Both the position numbers and the translations under genes were made by a program. The notes under the pieces were generated by a model. The model did no database searches. It was not told the DNA's origin and saw nothing but the letters and a program-made list of their open reading frames with translations. From an uncultured Gammaproteobacteria bacterium (GTDB lineage: Bacteria > Patescibacteriota > Patescibacteriia > Patescibacteriales > UBA12465), in assembly GCA_964394905.1 (NCBI GenBank), contig CAYMZF010000001.1, positions 1 to 56,746 of the forward strand: DNA of 56,746 bases, given 5' to 3'. Of the stretch, positions 8,514 to 18,272 are shown piece by piece (the stretch's first letter is position 1; every line of letters starts with the position of its first letter).

Positions 8514-10559
8514 TTATTTAACCCGACCATCATTACTATAACCGGCAATAGCGTCATCTTCTAATTTACTGGTTTTAACATCGGTTGTTTTAGTTATAGT
8601 GGCATTGGTTTCGGCATCAATGGCTGAGAGTGATGAGCCGGATGATAAAATTATAATTTTATTATATTGGCTGTCAGTCGGAATGACACTAACACTAAAA
8701 TTAATATCAACCGTTTCAATTCCAACGGGCCAACGACTGATAGAAAAAATAACTTTATTAGTAAGCGGATCATAATCTAAACTACCGGCGCTAACATTAA
8801 AATTATTATTCCAAATAACATACTGTGGCAAAGCTAATTCAACTTTTAAATCCTTAATCTCGTGCAATGAATTTTTTAAAGTCCAATAATATTTAAAAGA
8901 TGTTTGTTCTCCCACTACCGGCGGTAAAGGACCGGAACCAACCGGGATATTGTCGGCATCAAAATATAAAACCTCCTCTTTTATAGATAAATCGCTGTTT
9001 AATTTATTTATTACCGTATTACTGGAATTATCATTTAAATGATCTTCTTCACCGGAAAAATCTTCAATATTACCAATACTGAATTGAGCGTAGCTTTCAA
9101 CGTTTAAATCTTGACCGAATTCAACATTGTTATAGTTAGCCACATTAATAGAAAATTTAATCTCACCGCTATCTCCCGGTTCCAGTTTTTTTAATTCCGG
9201 AATTTCGGACGCCGTCCAAGAAATTGTTTTACGACTAACACTACCGTCGTTTGAATCTTTCAAACTGTTCCAATCCAAAAAGTCACTTTTTAATACCGCC
9301 ATAATAACCAAATCCTCCATGTCTTTATCGCCTTTATTGCTGTAAGAAATAACATAATTTAAAGTATCACCAAAATTAATTGGAGTATCGGTTGAAGAAT
9401 CGTTAACGGAAATATTTAAATTTAAATCACTTTTTATAATCGTTAGAGCAACTTGCTTTTCTAAAAAAATAAACTCCTTACCGCTATCGTCAATATATTT
9501 TAAGGTCCATGAAATATTTTCTTGATCGTTTTTTCTCTCGCTTATTTTGTATTTAAAATCAAAAGACATTTCATTAACGGAAGAAGTTTCAACTAAAAAA
9601 TTAAAATTATCAATCTTGCTTATTTTAGTTATAGCCGTTTCACTACTAGTTCCAGTATTTTTATTAGTTGTATCCTTAACGGAAAAAATTTCTTCCGGTC
9701 CGGAAAAGGAAATAACAAATTTATTTATTTTATCTACCGGAAAATCTTTAATAACAAGATTTAAAGGATATTCTTCATCTACCAATACTGTGGAATAATA
9801 ATCTTCTTTAATTTGAAACGGTAAAGATCCGACTACTATAGAATTAAGACTATCTTTAGAAAAACTTGAAGATAAGCCATTAATTCCATAATTAGCTTTA
9901 ACGGTTAATAAATTATTAGAACCTTCTTTGTTTATTATCTTTCCTCTGATTTTTATAACTCCGCCCAGATTAGCTCCTAAGTTATCTATCTTCCAAGTCT
10001 TTTTATCAGCGGTTTGATCAACTGAATAAATTTCAGCCAGAATAAAGTTATCCGGATAATTAATCTCTAAAATAACATTGTTTAAATTATAATTACTGGT
10101 ATTTTGATATTCGATTTCATATAAAAAATCTTCGCCCAAAATCACTTTCTCTGGCGAGGTTATATTTATTTTTAAAACTGAAGCCACATCTTGATTATTT
10201 TTTATATATTTAAAAACACCAAAAATTACCCCAGAGACAACCAATAAAGTTATAAACAAATAAAATAATTTTAATCCTAAACTTCTTTTCTTTTTTATTT
10301 TTATAGTTTTAAAGTCGGGCAAAGATTCTCCATTATCATCACTGTATATTTCCCTTAAATGACTTTCAATTTCACTGTCGGCTAATTTAGGTTTTTTTTC
10401 ATTATTATAATCTTGAGAAATAATAGGCTTTTCAAAAAAATCAACTTCTGATTCACTATCAGGTTCTATTAAGGAACTACTATTATCAATTTTATGTTTA
10501 GTAAAAACTAAATCTTCTTCTTTATTATGTTTAAAAAATTTACTTTTATTTTTTAGCAT
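8514..10559 (-). CDS. membrane-anchored surface protein with DUF11/CARDB-like beta-sandwich repeats
   Basis: Single TM (LFYLFITLLVVSGVIFGVF) after a ~95-aa cytoplasmic head. At least three repeats of the type G(D/E).(L/F).Y.I.Y.N.....L.(N/D)(V/L).I follow. Confidence 0.6.
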   Translation of the reverse strand: MLKNKSKFFKHNKEEDLVFTKHKIDNSSSLIEPDSESEVDFFEKPIISQDYNNEKKPKLADSEIESHLREIYSDDNGESLPDFKTIKIKKKRSLGLKLFYLFITLLVVSGVIFGVFKYIKNNQDVASVLKINITSPEKVILGEDFLYEIEYQNTSNYNLNNVILEINYPDNFILAEIYSVDQTADKKTWKIDNLGANLGGVIKIRGKIINKEGSNNLLTVKANYGINGLSSSFSKDSLNSIVVGSLPFQIKEDYYSTVLVDEEYPLNLVIKDFPVDKINKFVISFSGPEEIFSVKDTTNKNTGTSSETAITKISKIDNFNFLVETSSVNEMSFDFKYKISERKNDQENISWTLKYIDDSGKEFIFLEKQVALTIIKSDLNLNISVNDSSTDTPINFGDTLNYVISYSNKGDKDMEDLVIMAVLKSDFLDWNSLKDSNDGSVSRKTISWTASEIPELKKLEPGDSGEIKFSINVANYNNVEFGQDLNVESYAQFSIGNIEDFSGEEDHLNDNSSNTVINKLNSDLSIKEEVLYFDADNIPVGSGPLPPVVGEQTSFKYYWTLKNSLHEIKDLKVELALPQYVIWNNNFNVSAGSLDYDPLTNKVIFSISRWPVGIETVDINFSVSVIPTDSQYNKIIILSSGSSLSAIDAETNATITKTTDVKTSKLEDDAIAGYSNDGRVK

Positions 10560-10580
10560 ATTTATATAATTAATTATTAT

Positions 10581-13253
10581 TTATTTAAAAATTACAGCCA
10601 AATATTTATCAGTAATTAAATCACCGGAAAAATTTATAATCTTATCGGTTGAACCAATATTTTCCGGATAAGTCCATAAGGCCAATAAATTCAAATCATT
10701 AATCAAATTAAAATTAAAAGTAGAGTTATTATCACCGGCTTGTTTTTGCCATAACAAAGAATAGTTTTTAATAATCTCGCCGGAATCAAATAATTTCCAA
10801 AAATTCAAAATAGATTTTGGTTCCTTATCAATAAATAAAGTTTTAAAGTTATAAGGCAACTTATATTTAACTTCAATAACCTCGGATTGACCGGGATCAA
10901 GCACCGACCAATTGGCAAAAACAGTTTTGGAAGACTCTTGATAAATTTTAGTATTGCTTAATAAATCAATTTTGGCTTTATTTTCACTGTTAACCAAAAA
11001 ATCATTTTGTTCGTAAAAATCTTCAGTCGGTTTAAAAGAATTTTCATCAACGGACGAAAAACCGGTAGCGCTTATTAAAGTACTACCTAGAGGTGTATAA
11101 ATTCTCAACCAATCGGTATTTCTAATACCAGTAAATAAATCTTCTTTATTGCCTAAATGCTCGCGTTTAATCGTTAAGGTATTAATAATTGAACCGTCAG
11201 CTTCAATTTCTACACTTAGAGACATATTATTGTTTATAACCTTATCGGTTTTACCCCCAGCCACATTAGAATTAATCACGGCCAAATAATCAAACGGAGC
11301 TTCTTTGATTCGTCCGGCCCAAGAACGATTTTCAACTTCCGTCTGAATGTCGGAATCGGAAAAATACAATAAAATATTTTTTTGATTTAAATTTTTTCCG
11401 ATTACTTGAGATAGTTTTACTAAAAAATCTTTATTTAAACTATGGGAAGTTTTTTCTAAAATCACCGTCATCAAATCTCCAATAATTTTTTTAGGCTCAT
11501 TTCGTTTTAAGCCGGTAGAAGCGAAGGTTTCGGTTGTTGAACTTATCAATTCACCAGAACTGGTAGCAACTCTGGCTAAAATATCGGTTTGTAAATTTTC
11601 ATCCTGATAAATTTCCGGTTTACCGACAACTTCCACTATTTCTTGAAGAATATCTTCAAAATTATTAGAATCAATTACTACTCCATATTTTTCATTTAAA
11701 TCAACCGGTCCGATTATTTCTAAAATATCGGCTAAAACATCCGGAGTTAGACTTATAACCCCATCAACGCTAGGTCCACCGCTTTTTTCATAAAACCACA
11801 TTAAATTTTGAGCCGATAATTTCCAATCGGGCCACCAATTGGCATCCCAAAAATACCATTTAGATTTTAGTAAATGAAGAGGTTCAGGCGATTCAACCGA
11901 AATTTTCATACCACCTTCAGTATCATAGGAACCTCCGGCCGGTATTTCAATATTTTTAATTTGACCCTTTTTTAAATCAACTAAAGCGTAACTACCGATA
12001 AAACCGCCCGTAGCCCGAAGTTCGGCATTGTTTTGAAAAACAACCAAATAACGTCGATCGGAGTCAATTCCTAAAAAATCTTTTAAAGCCGGGGCTATTT
12101 CTAAAAAATTGGTTAAACTTTTTTCCAAGACATCAGCTTGGTTTTTTATATCTTTAAATTGATCACGATATTCTTCGGGAACGGCCATCTCATCTATTTT
12201 GTTTAAATATTTATTAGCTTTTTTAAAATCAGTTTCAGTTTTTTTGGTATAATAATAAAAATCAGAAAAATTTTTTTCAGTTTCTGTTTCGGAAAAAACG
12301 GCTATTAAACTATTTATCGCCAAACTAAAATTATCACCGGCCGACGCCAAATAAATTCCAATTTTAGCAATATTTTTAGATTCAGAAGCTAGTTTAATCT
12401 CTTTATCTTTAGAAAAAGAGGATAAAAACAATAAAAATTCATCAATCTCCCCCAGCTCTTCGTCAAACATTAAAAAATTTTGTCCGGCTTGAAAAAAATC
12501 ATTTTGGGCCGAACTTAAATTTAAATTTGATATTTCACCGGAAGCGGAAATAAAATTTTCTAAACCGGTGGTTGAATATTGCTTTAAATTTTTAATAGTT
12601 TCTTGGTTAACCATTAAACGATAATAGGAAAAAAGTTTAAAAGGAATTATCAATAAAAACAAAAATAAAATAAAATAAAGAATTGAATTAATTTTTTTCT
12701 TCTTTTTGGTTTTATTATTTATGTTAATAACAGAAGTTTTAAAAGCTGGAGTTTTATCGATCATCAATGGAATTGCTTTTTTCTTTTTTATTTTTATTTT
12801 AAAAATACAGTTAGCACAGATTTTTCCTATTTTTTTAAAAAATATAATCGGGTACTTAAAAATTACCAATTTCTTTAAAAAATTAAAAATATCCACTGCC
12901 CAATCAATAAAGAAAAAAACAATCGCTCTTATGATTTTAAAAAGAAACAAAAAAACCGGGAATAAAAAAGTTTTTTTAAGATTAGACCAATTAATAAAAG
13001 ACGATTTTTTTATTTTGTTTTTTGTAAAATTTTTAGAATTATCAACCTTTTTAGGAGTTTGATATTTAAGTTTATCGGTCTGATCAATTTGATTAAAATT
13101 ATTATCAATTTTATCAATTATAATCGGTTTAGGTTTAAATTTACTGTCTTTAATTTCGTTTGTATTTTTGTTTAATTTTGATCTTAAGTCAATTACAAAA
13201 CCGGATTGAGAAAAATCCGATGAAACTTTTATTTTATGTTTTTTTGTTTTCAT
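10581..13253 (-). CDS. DUF4012-domain membrane protein
   Basis: RYLVVFQNNAELRATGGFIGSYALV is the hallmark DUF4012 motif. Lys-rich N-terminus with two TM segments. I prefer the ATG at 13251-13253 (MKTKKHK); the ORF-track start at 13286 overlaps the upstream GT by 22 nt. Confidence 0.75.
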   Translation of the reverse strand: MKTKKHKIKVSSDFSQSGFVIDLRSKLNKNTNEIKDSKFKPKPIIIDKIDNNFNQIDQTDKLKYQTPKKVDNSKNFTKNKIKKSSFINWSNLKKTFLFPVFLFLFKIIRAIVFFFIDWAVDIFNFLKKLVIFKYPIIFFKKIGKICANCIFKIKIKKKKAIPLMIDKTPAFKTSVININNKTKKKKKINSILYFILFLFLLIIPFKLFSYYRLMVNQETIKNLKQYSTTGLENFISASGEISNLNLSSAQNDFFQAGQNFLMFDEELGEIDEFLLFLSSFSKDKEIKLASESKNIAKIGIYLASAGDNFSLAINSLIAVFSETETEKNFSDFYYYTKKTETDFKKANKYLNKIDEMAVPEEYRDQFKDIKNQADVLEKSLTNFLEIAPALKDFLGIDSDRRYLVVFQNNAELRATGGFIGSYALVDLKKGQIKNIEIPAGGSYDTEGGMKISVESPEPLHLLKSKWYFWDANWWPDWKLSAQNLMWFYEKSGGPSVDGVISLTPDVLADILEIIGPVDLNEKYGVVIDSNNFEDILQEIVEVVGKPEIYQDENLQTDILARVATSSGELISSTTETFASTGLKRNEPKKIIGDLMTVILEKTSHSLNKDFLVKLSQVIGKNLNQKNILLYFSDSDIQTEVENRSWAGRIKEAPFDYLAVINSNVAGGKTDKVINNNMSLSVEIEADGSIINTLTIKREHLGNKEDLFTGIRNTDWLRIYTPLGSTLISATGFSSVDENSFKPTEDFYEQNDFLVNSENKAKIDLLSNTKIYQESSKTVFANWSVLDPGQSEVIEVKYKLPYNFKTLFIDKEPKSILNFWKLFDSGEIIKNYSLLWQKQAGDNNSTFNFNLINDLNLLALWTYPENIGSTDKIINFSGDLITDKYLAVIFK

Positions 13254-13264
13254 AAAAGACAAAA

Positions 13265-14446
13265 TTATTGCAAATAAATCTGCCAAGTTCTAAAAGCGCA
13301 ATCCCACCAACTAAATTTTTTACAATGAGATTCTCCAGCAACTATTAATTTTTCTCTTAACTTATTATCATTTAAAATTAATTCCAATTTATTAAGAAAG
13401 TCGTTTTTGTCTTGAGGATTAAAATAACAAGCTGATTCCCCTAGAATCTCGGGCATACTACTGACATTAGAACTTAATACCGGACAACCTTTAGCCATAG
13501 CTTCAAGCGGTGGCAAACCAAAACCTTCATACAAAGACGGAAAAACATAAACTAACGCTTTTTTGTAAAAAATTTCCAATTTGTCATCCGGAACATAACC
13601 GGAAAAAATAATCGGATTTTCCAAACAATCAGAGAAACAATCACCGGCAAAATTTTTTAAATTTTTATAAAAATAATCTTCCTTTCCTACTAACACTAAT
13701 CGCAAATCATTGTTTTTTTTATAAACATCTTTAAAACTGGAAATTAAAAACTCCAAATTTTTATGCGGATAAGCGTTGCCAACATATAATAAAAAAGGAT
13801 GCTCAATATTATAATCTTTTAGCACTTCATTGTTATCTAATTTAGCGACGAACAAAGAATCTCGACCCTTAGCCAAATTAGCCACTCCTTCGTAAATAAC
13901 CTCTATTTTTTGGGGATTAACATTAAATTGTTTAACAATATCATTCTTAGTAAATTCCGATACAGTTAAAACTTTTTGTGATTTTTTTAAAGCTCGGTTT
14001 ATTATAATTCTATAAGCCAAATTTTTAAGTTTATAAATAATCGGATGTAAGGTTGTCGCTCGAATTGTTTTAAATTTAGTTAAGATTAAATCATGAACAG
14101 TGACAACAAATTTAGTTGGAACAAAAAACGGAACGTTAAAATGCGGAAAATGAATTAAATCTAATTTTTCTCGCCAAATATAAAAAGGCATAATCAATTG
14201 CTCTTTTAAAGTATACCATTGGACATCGGCTAAAACTTTTTTAACATTAGTTTGATTGTCAATAACAAGTTCGTCAAAATTATCTTTTCTTAAAAAAATA
14301 ACATACTCATTATAATTATCCAACTTAATAACATTATCTACTATTTCTTGGATATACCGACCTAAACCCTTACCAATAGGACCATAAAAACGAGCATCAA
14401 TACCTATTCTCTTTTTTTTATTAGTATTCATGTATTTTTTAACCAA
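13265..14446 (-). CDS. glycosyltransferase family 4 (GT-B fold)
   Basis: [27 protein letters not shown]7E region. The start could instead be the ATG at 14431. Confidence 0.85.
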   Translation of the reverse strand: MVKKYMNTNKKKRIGIDARFYGPIGKGLGRYIQEIVDNVIKLDNYNEYVIFLRKDNFDELVIDNQTNVKKVLADVQWYTLKEQLIMPFYIWREKLDLIHFPHFNVPFFVPTKFVVTVHDLILTKFKTIRATTLHPIIYKLKNLAYRIIINRALKKSQKVLTVSEFTKNDIVKQFNVNPQKIEVIYEGVANLAKGRDSLFVAKLDNNEVLKDYNIEHPFLLYVGNAYPHKNLEFLISSFKDVYKKNNDLRLVLVGKEDYFYKNLKNFAGDCFSDCLENPIIFSGYVPDDKLEIFYKKALVYVFPSLYEGFGLPPLEAMAKGCPVLSSNVSSMPEILGESACYFNPQDKNDFLNKLELILNDNKLREKLIVAGESHCKKFSWWDCAFRTWQIYLQ

Positions 14447-15938
14447 AAGGTAAATTAGAAGGAGGAGTTTTTTTAACTGATTGATGGTTGGAATCGGAAA
14501 TATTTTGGTCGGAATTATCTGAATAATTATTTAAACTGTTATCAGTTGAATTGTTTTTGTTTGTTTGTTTTTTTCTTGGGGCAGTTTCCTTTAAAAATTC
14601 TTCTTTTAACGCTTCCGGACCAGTAGCCATGTCATCAATAGCCAAATTGGCTGGCGGTTTATATCTTTTGGCGGCAGTCTTTTGAATCAGTGGAGCATTA
14701 GCCATAGCTTCAATTGGAAAATGCCATAAAGTGGCTAATTCTTCAACATTTAACAAAAAAGGAGATGAACCGGCCACGTCATCACGATTAATATAGTTAG
14801 TTATAATATTATTTTTCTTTCTTAGTAGCTCTCTGTCTTTATTAAAATAAACTGCTTTAGTCATAACTCGAGCATCGGGTCTAAAACTATTTAAATCTAA
14901 AGCCGAAAATTGTTTGATATAACCAACAAAACCGCTAGGAACTTTAGATTTATTCATAACCTCTTTTTTAGCTAAATATACCACTCTAATTTTACATAGA
15001 AAACCTAATTTAGATGATTTGTTTTCTATCCCCTCTATTCGTTTTTTTTGTTTAGGAGTAAGTTCCATCATTGATAACTTTTTAAACTCATCTTTTTTCT
15101 CGTCATCAATATCAGCCCAAAGACTGTAAATAAATTCACTTAAAAAAGTAATCAAACCTATAATGGCATCGATTATTTTATTGGCAAAAGTGGCTTCCGG
15201 TTTTTTGCCTAATATTTTATCGATTTCTCCTTTGCCATCATCTATCCAATCAAAACCGGTCGGAATAACAATTATTTGATATAATAAATTTTCTCCTCGT
15301 TTTAAACTACTGCACAATTCCATTAATTCCGCCATCGGATCTCTAAACACGGTTTCGTCCGGTCCTAAACGATGTTCAAATTCTTCATAAGTTCTAATCG
15401 GATACATATAATGATTTGAAAGTATAAATTCTGAACCCCAAATATCATATTCTTCGTCGGGAAATTTTTTAGGAAAATCTTCACAATAATCATCAACTTC
15501 CATAATTTCAGCATCGGGATATTGCGAATAAATAGCTGATTCCACTAAATCTATAAATTGAGTCGGAGTCCTTATTATAAACTGAGTATAACCGTCCAAA
15601 CTAGCCACTTCAAAACTAAAAGATAATTGATACTCTCCGCTAAACCATTTATCAAAAAAATTCTGGGTACCATGCGCTCCGGCAATATAAGCAAAAAAAT
15701 TCTCAATCGCTTTAGGTGATTGAATATTGCCTCTGGGAATATCAATGGCCAAAAAAGTAAATTTTATATTTTTGCTCCATTTAGTTCTTACATATTTTAA
15801 CCAAATAATTCTAACTCCGGCTAAAAACATAATACCCAAAACAACCCAACCAAAGGTAGCTAAAAAACGCCACAACATAACGTCAGGGGGCAAATTAAAA
15901 AAATTTTGAATAGGAGTAAAATCAATGACAATATCCAT
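14439..15938 (-). CDS. conserved-looking membrane protein of unknown function
   Basis: N-terminal TM (FLATFGWVVLGIMFLAGV), then FLAIDIPRGNIQSPKAIENFFAYIAGAHG and a late EELATLWHFP motif. N/S/Q-rich tail; no Walker A motif. Confidence 0.6.
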   Translation of the reverse strand: MDIVIDFTPIQNFFNLPPDVMLWRFLATFGWVVLGIMFLAGVRIIWLKYVRTKWSKNIKFTFLAIDIPRGNIQSPKAIENFFAYIAGAHGTQNFFDKWFSGEYQLSFSFEVASLDGYTQFIIRTPTQFIDLVESAIYSQYPDAEIMEVDDYCEDFPKKFPDEEYDIWGSEFILSNHYMYPIRTYEEFEHRLGPDETVFRDPMAELMELCSSLKRGENLLYQIIVIPTGFDWIDDGKGEIDKILGKKPEATFANKIIDAIIGLITFLSEFIYSLWADIDDEKKDEFKKLSMMELTPKQKKRIEGIENKSSKLGFLCKIRVVYLAKKEVMNKSKVPSGFVGYIKQFSALDLNSFRPDARVMTKAVYFNKDRELLRKKNNIITNYINRDDVAGSSPFLLNVEELATLWHFPIEAMANAPLIQKTAAKRYKPPANLAIDDMATGPEALKEEFLKETAPRKKQTNKNNSTDNSLNNYSDNSDQNISDSNHQSVKKTPPSNLPFG

Positions 15939-15966
15939 AAAAAAACGCTAAAAATTAACTTTTTAT

Positions 15967-15995
15967 ATTTTAACATAATTTTTTATTAAAATCAA
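15967..15995 (-). promoter_or_regulatory. sigma70-type promoter with extended -10, heading the 15938-> operon
   Basis: Minus strand reads TTGATT (15990-15995), a 17-nt spacer, then TGtTAAAAT (-10 at 15967-15972). It sits between an intrinsic terminator and the ATG at 15938. Confidence 0.55.
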
Positions 15996-16021
15996 AGTAA
16001 TTCCAGCCATTATTCCTCAAC

Positions 16022-16057
16022 AAAAAAGACGCTTGTAATCGCCAAGCGTCTTTTTTT
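16022..16057 (-). terminator. intrinsic terminator (symmetrical A6/T7 flanks, so bidirectional in form)
   Basis: GACGCTTG (16028-16035) pairs with CAAGCGTC (16043-16050) around a 7-nt loop. A T-run follows on the minus strand, 22 nt after the stop of the 16072 gene. Confidence 0.8.
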
Positions 16058-16071
16058 ATCTAAAATCTACA

Positions 16072-17097
16072 TTATTTTTGCCATTCTTTTAAACCATATA
16101 CTCCCCGATCAACTAATATATAACGATCGTCTAAAATTAGTTCATTATGAACCGATCCTTTACTGATACTCTTCTTATCAAAACCGACTTTATTTATTTT
16201 TTCGGCGATTTCGGAAAAGTGTAAAGGCTTTTTTTCTTCTTTTAAAACTAAAAATATTTTATCGGCAATTCTTTTAGGTTTTATTTCTGATGAATTACTA
16301 TCACCCCATAAACCAAATTTGTTAGGATTTAAATCTTTAGCGGCCTGCATAAAAGAATAAAATTGCTTATTACGATTGATAACGTCAGCCCATTCTGGAA
16401 AAGATTCATCTTTAAAAATTTCTTTTAAATCTAAATCATCGTTACTCTTAATCATTTTATTTTTATATTCCGAAAATGATTTTAAATTTTTGGCCATGTC
16501 AACTAATTCATCAAAAGAAAAAGTCTTTTTTAATTCTCTAACTTTATCCCTTAGTTCATCAACTAAATTTTCAAGATAATCAACGGTTTGATCTTTTAAT
16601 TTAAAGAAAGAATTAAATTTATCCGATTTATCAACTTTTTCCACGGAATCATTTAAAAGTTCGGTTAAAATGAAATCTAAATAATTTTTATAAATATTTT
16701 TATCAAAAGTAAAACCCTGACTTTCGGCTTTGAAATACAACACCGTCAAAATATCTAATAAAAAATTTTTCTCCATCACCCCGCCATGTTCTTTTAATAA
16801 CTCCGATACCATTTCCCTAACGGGATTAAGACGACTATCAATATCATTAATTTTTTTGATTTTTTTTAAACTGGCTTTTTCAATTTGTCTGATTCTTTCT
16901 CTGGTTAAATTATGTAATTTACCAATTTCTTCTAAAGTTTGAGAATCAACACTTTTCAAAGCAAAACGACGAGCCAAAACATCTTTTTCTCTATCCTGTA
17001 ATTCGTCAAACAAAGAGCCAACTATTTTAACTGCATTTAAATTAGTTAATTCTTGCTCTTTTTTCTCGTTTAATAACCTTTGTAGTGAATTTTCCAT
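16072..17097 (-). CDS. sigma-70 region-4-like HTH + C-terminal HARE-HTH protein (not a complete sigma factor)
   Basis: VLARRFAL...QTLEEIGKLHNLTRERIRQIEKASLKKI resembles region 4.2. KPLHFSEIAEKINK...YGLKEW resembles HARE-HTH. No region 2 motif is present. Confidence 0.7.
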   Translation of the reverse strand: MENSLQRLLNEKKEQELTNLNAVKIVGSLFDELQDREKDVLARRFALKSVDSQTLEEIGKLHNLTRERIRQIEKASLKKIKKINDIDSRLNPVREMVSELLKEHGGVMEKNFLLDILTVLYFKAESQGFTFDKNIYKNYLDFILTELLNDSVEKVDKSDKFNSFFKLKDQTVDYLENLVDELRDKVRELKKTFSFDELVDMAKNLKSFSEYKNKMIKSNDDLDLKEIFKDESFPEWADVINRNKQFYSFMQAAKDLNPNKFGLWGDSNSSEIKPKRIADKIFLVLKEEKKPLHFSEIAEKINKVGFDKKSISKGSVHNELILDDRYILVDRGVYGLKEWQK

Positions 17098-17160
17098 ATA
17101 TAGATTATATTAAATATAGTATGTATATATAAACATATTTTAATTTATAAGTCAAGCCTT

Positions 17161-18207
17161 TTAAAAGAATTTCATAAAAGCTTCTATTTTGGCAATTATC
17201 TCTCTGTTTATTAATAAATTATCATTTTTTTCTTTAATTTGAAGTCGTAATTTTTTAAAATTTTTTAATGATTGCTTCTCAAAAATAAAACCGTAAATAT
17301 GTAAAAAAATCAGTCTTAAATTAGTACAAAACCTAACCGGGAAAGAAAAAGATAATTTTTTAATTTTATATAAAACAATTAATTGATTTAAAAAGGACCG
17401 ACTATGAGATATTTCTTTTTTATCCCTAAAAATTTGTTTAAAAATAGTACGTTTTGCTAAAGTTCGATCATGATACATAATTGCCTCGGGTATAAACATT
17501 ATTCTTTGACCGGCTAATTGTAAACGATACGACAAATCAATGTCTTCTTTATACATAAACATTAACTCATCAAAAAATTCTAAATAATCTCCGATTGGTT
17601 TGGCAATTTTTGCTACTTCAAATAAATTAAATAAAGCTCCGGCTCCGGTAAAACCAAATACCTCCCTATTGTTATTAAATGATAAATATTCAGATTGTTT
17701 TTTTCCTTGACCCAAATCAAAAAAACGATGAAATTTATTTAAACCGATTCCGTAGCTATCAATAATGTCAGTTTTTTTATTTTCATTAAAATTCCAATAT
17801 AATATTTTAGGAGCCCATACCGCCACCGCTTGATCTGAATTATAAGCATTAATCAATTTTTCTAAAAATAGAGTATCAAAAATAACATCGGGATTAATAA
17901 CCAAAAATAAGTCGTCACTAGTTTGTAAAGACCAATTAAGCATTAAATTATAGGCCTTAGCAAAACCTAAATTAGAAGACGATCGCCAAATTTTATAATT
18001 AATCTTTTTATCATTAAAAAAATTAGATAAAAAATCAAAATTACCGGTAAAAGAAGAATCACTATTATCAACCATTAAAATGCTAACTTCTAAATCAGAA
18101 TAACTATTTTGAGCTTGGCTGATTGTTTCAAATAAGCTAGGTAAAAAAAATGGTAAATATTTTAAACTAACATTATTATAAGTTATAAAAGCAATTGAGA
18201 GTTTCAT
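17161..18207 (-). CDS. glycosyltransferase family 2
   Basis: LSIAFITYNN..., ILMVDNSDS and FAKAYNLML GT-A motifs, plus a DxD-like EDIDLSYR. Confidence 0.8.
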   Translation of the reverse strand: MKLSIAFITYNNVSLKYLPFFLPSLFETISQAQNSYSDLEVSILMVDNSDSSFTGNFDFLSNFFNDKKINYKIWRSSSNLGFAKAYNLMLNWSLQTSDDLFLVINPDVIFDTLFLEKLINAYNSDQAVAVWAPKILYWNFNENKKTDIIDSYGIGLNKFHRFFDLGQGKKQSEYLSFNNNREVFGFTGAGALFNLFEVAKIAKPIGDYLEFFDELMFMYKEDIDLSYRLQLAGQRIMFIPEAIMYHDRTLAKRTIFKQIFRDKKEISHSRSFLNQLIVLYKIKKLSFSFPVRFCTNLRLIFLHIYGFIFEKQSLKNFKKLRLQIKEKNDNLLINREIIAKIEAFMKFF

Positions 18208-18227
18208 ATTATATATTTAGACCTAAA

Positions 18228-18253
18228 TTAACAATAAAGCGCCGTAGCGCTTT
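18228..18253 (-). terminator. probable intrinsic terminator after rpsI
   Basis: AAAGCGC-CGTA-GCGCTTT (18236-18253). On the minus strand it is followed by TTTATTGTT. Confidence 0.45.
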
Positions 18254-18272
18254 ATTGAAGTATATATAGAGA

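Noticed and set aside
12706-13062. 118-aa antisense ORF, long for an AT-rich genome.
   Set aside because: It starts with TTG. It mirrors the poly-Lys (AAA) N-terminal region of the DUF4012 gene, whose reverse frame is stop-free poly-Phe. There is no promoter-like sequence.
17098-17160. Promoters for the GT2 gene (18208-18235) and for the sigma-r4/HARE gene (17098-17160).
   Set aside because: TATAAT-like strings are everywhere in this AT-rich DNA. The best -10 upstream of the GT2 gene abuts its ATG, leaving no room for a transcript start. Neither is reported as a feature.
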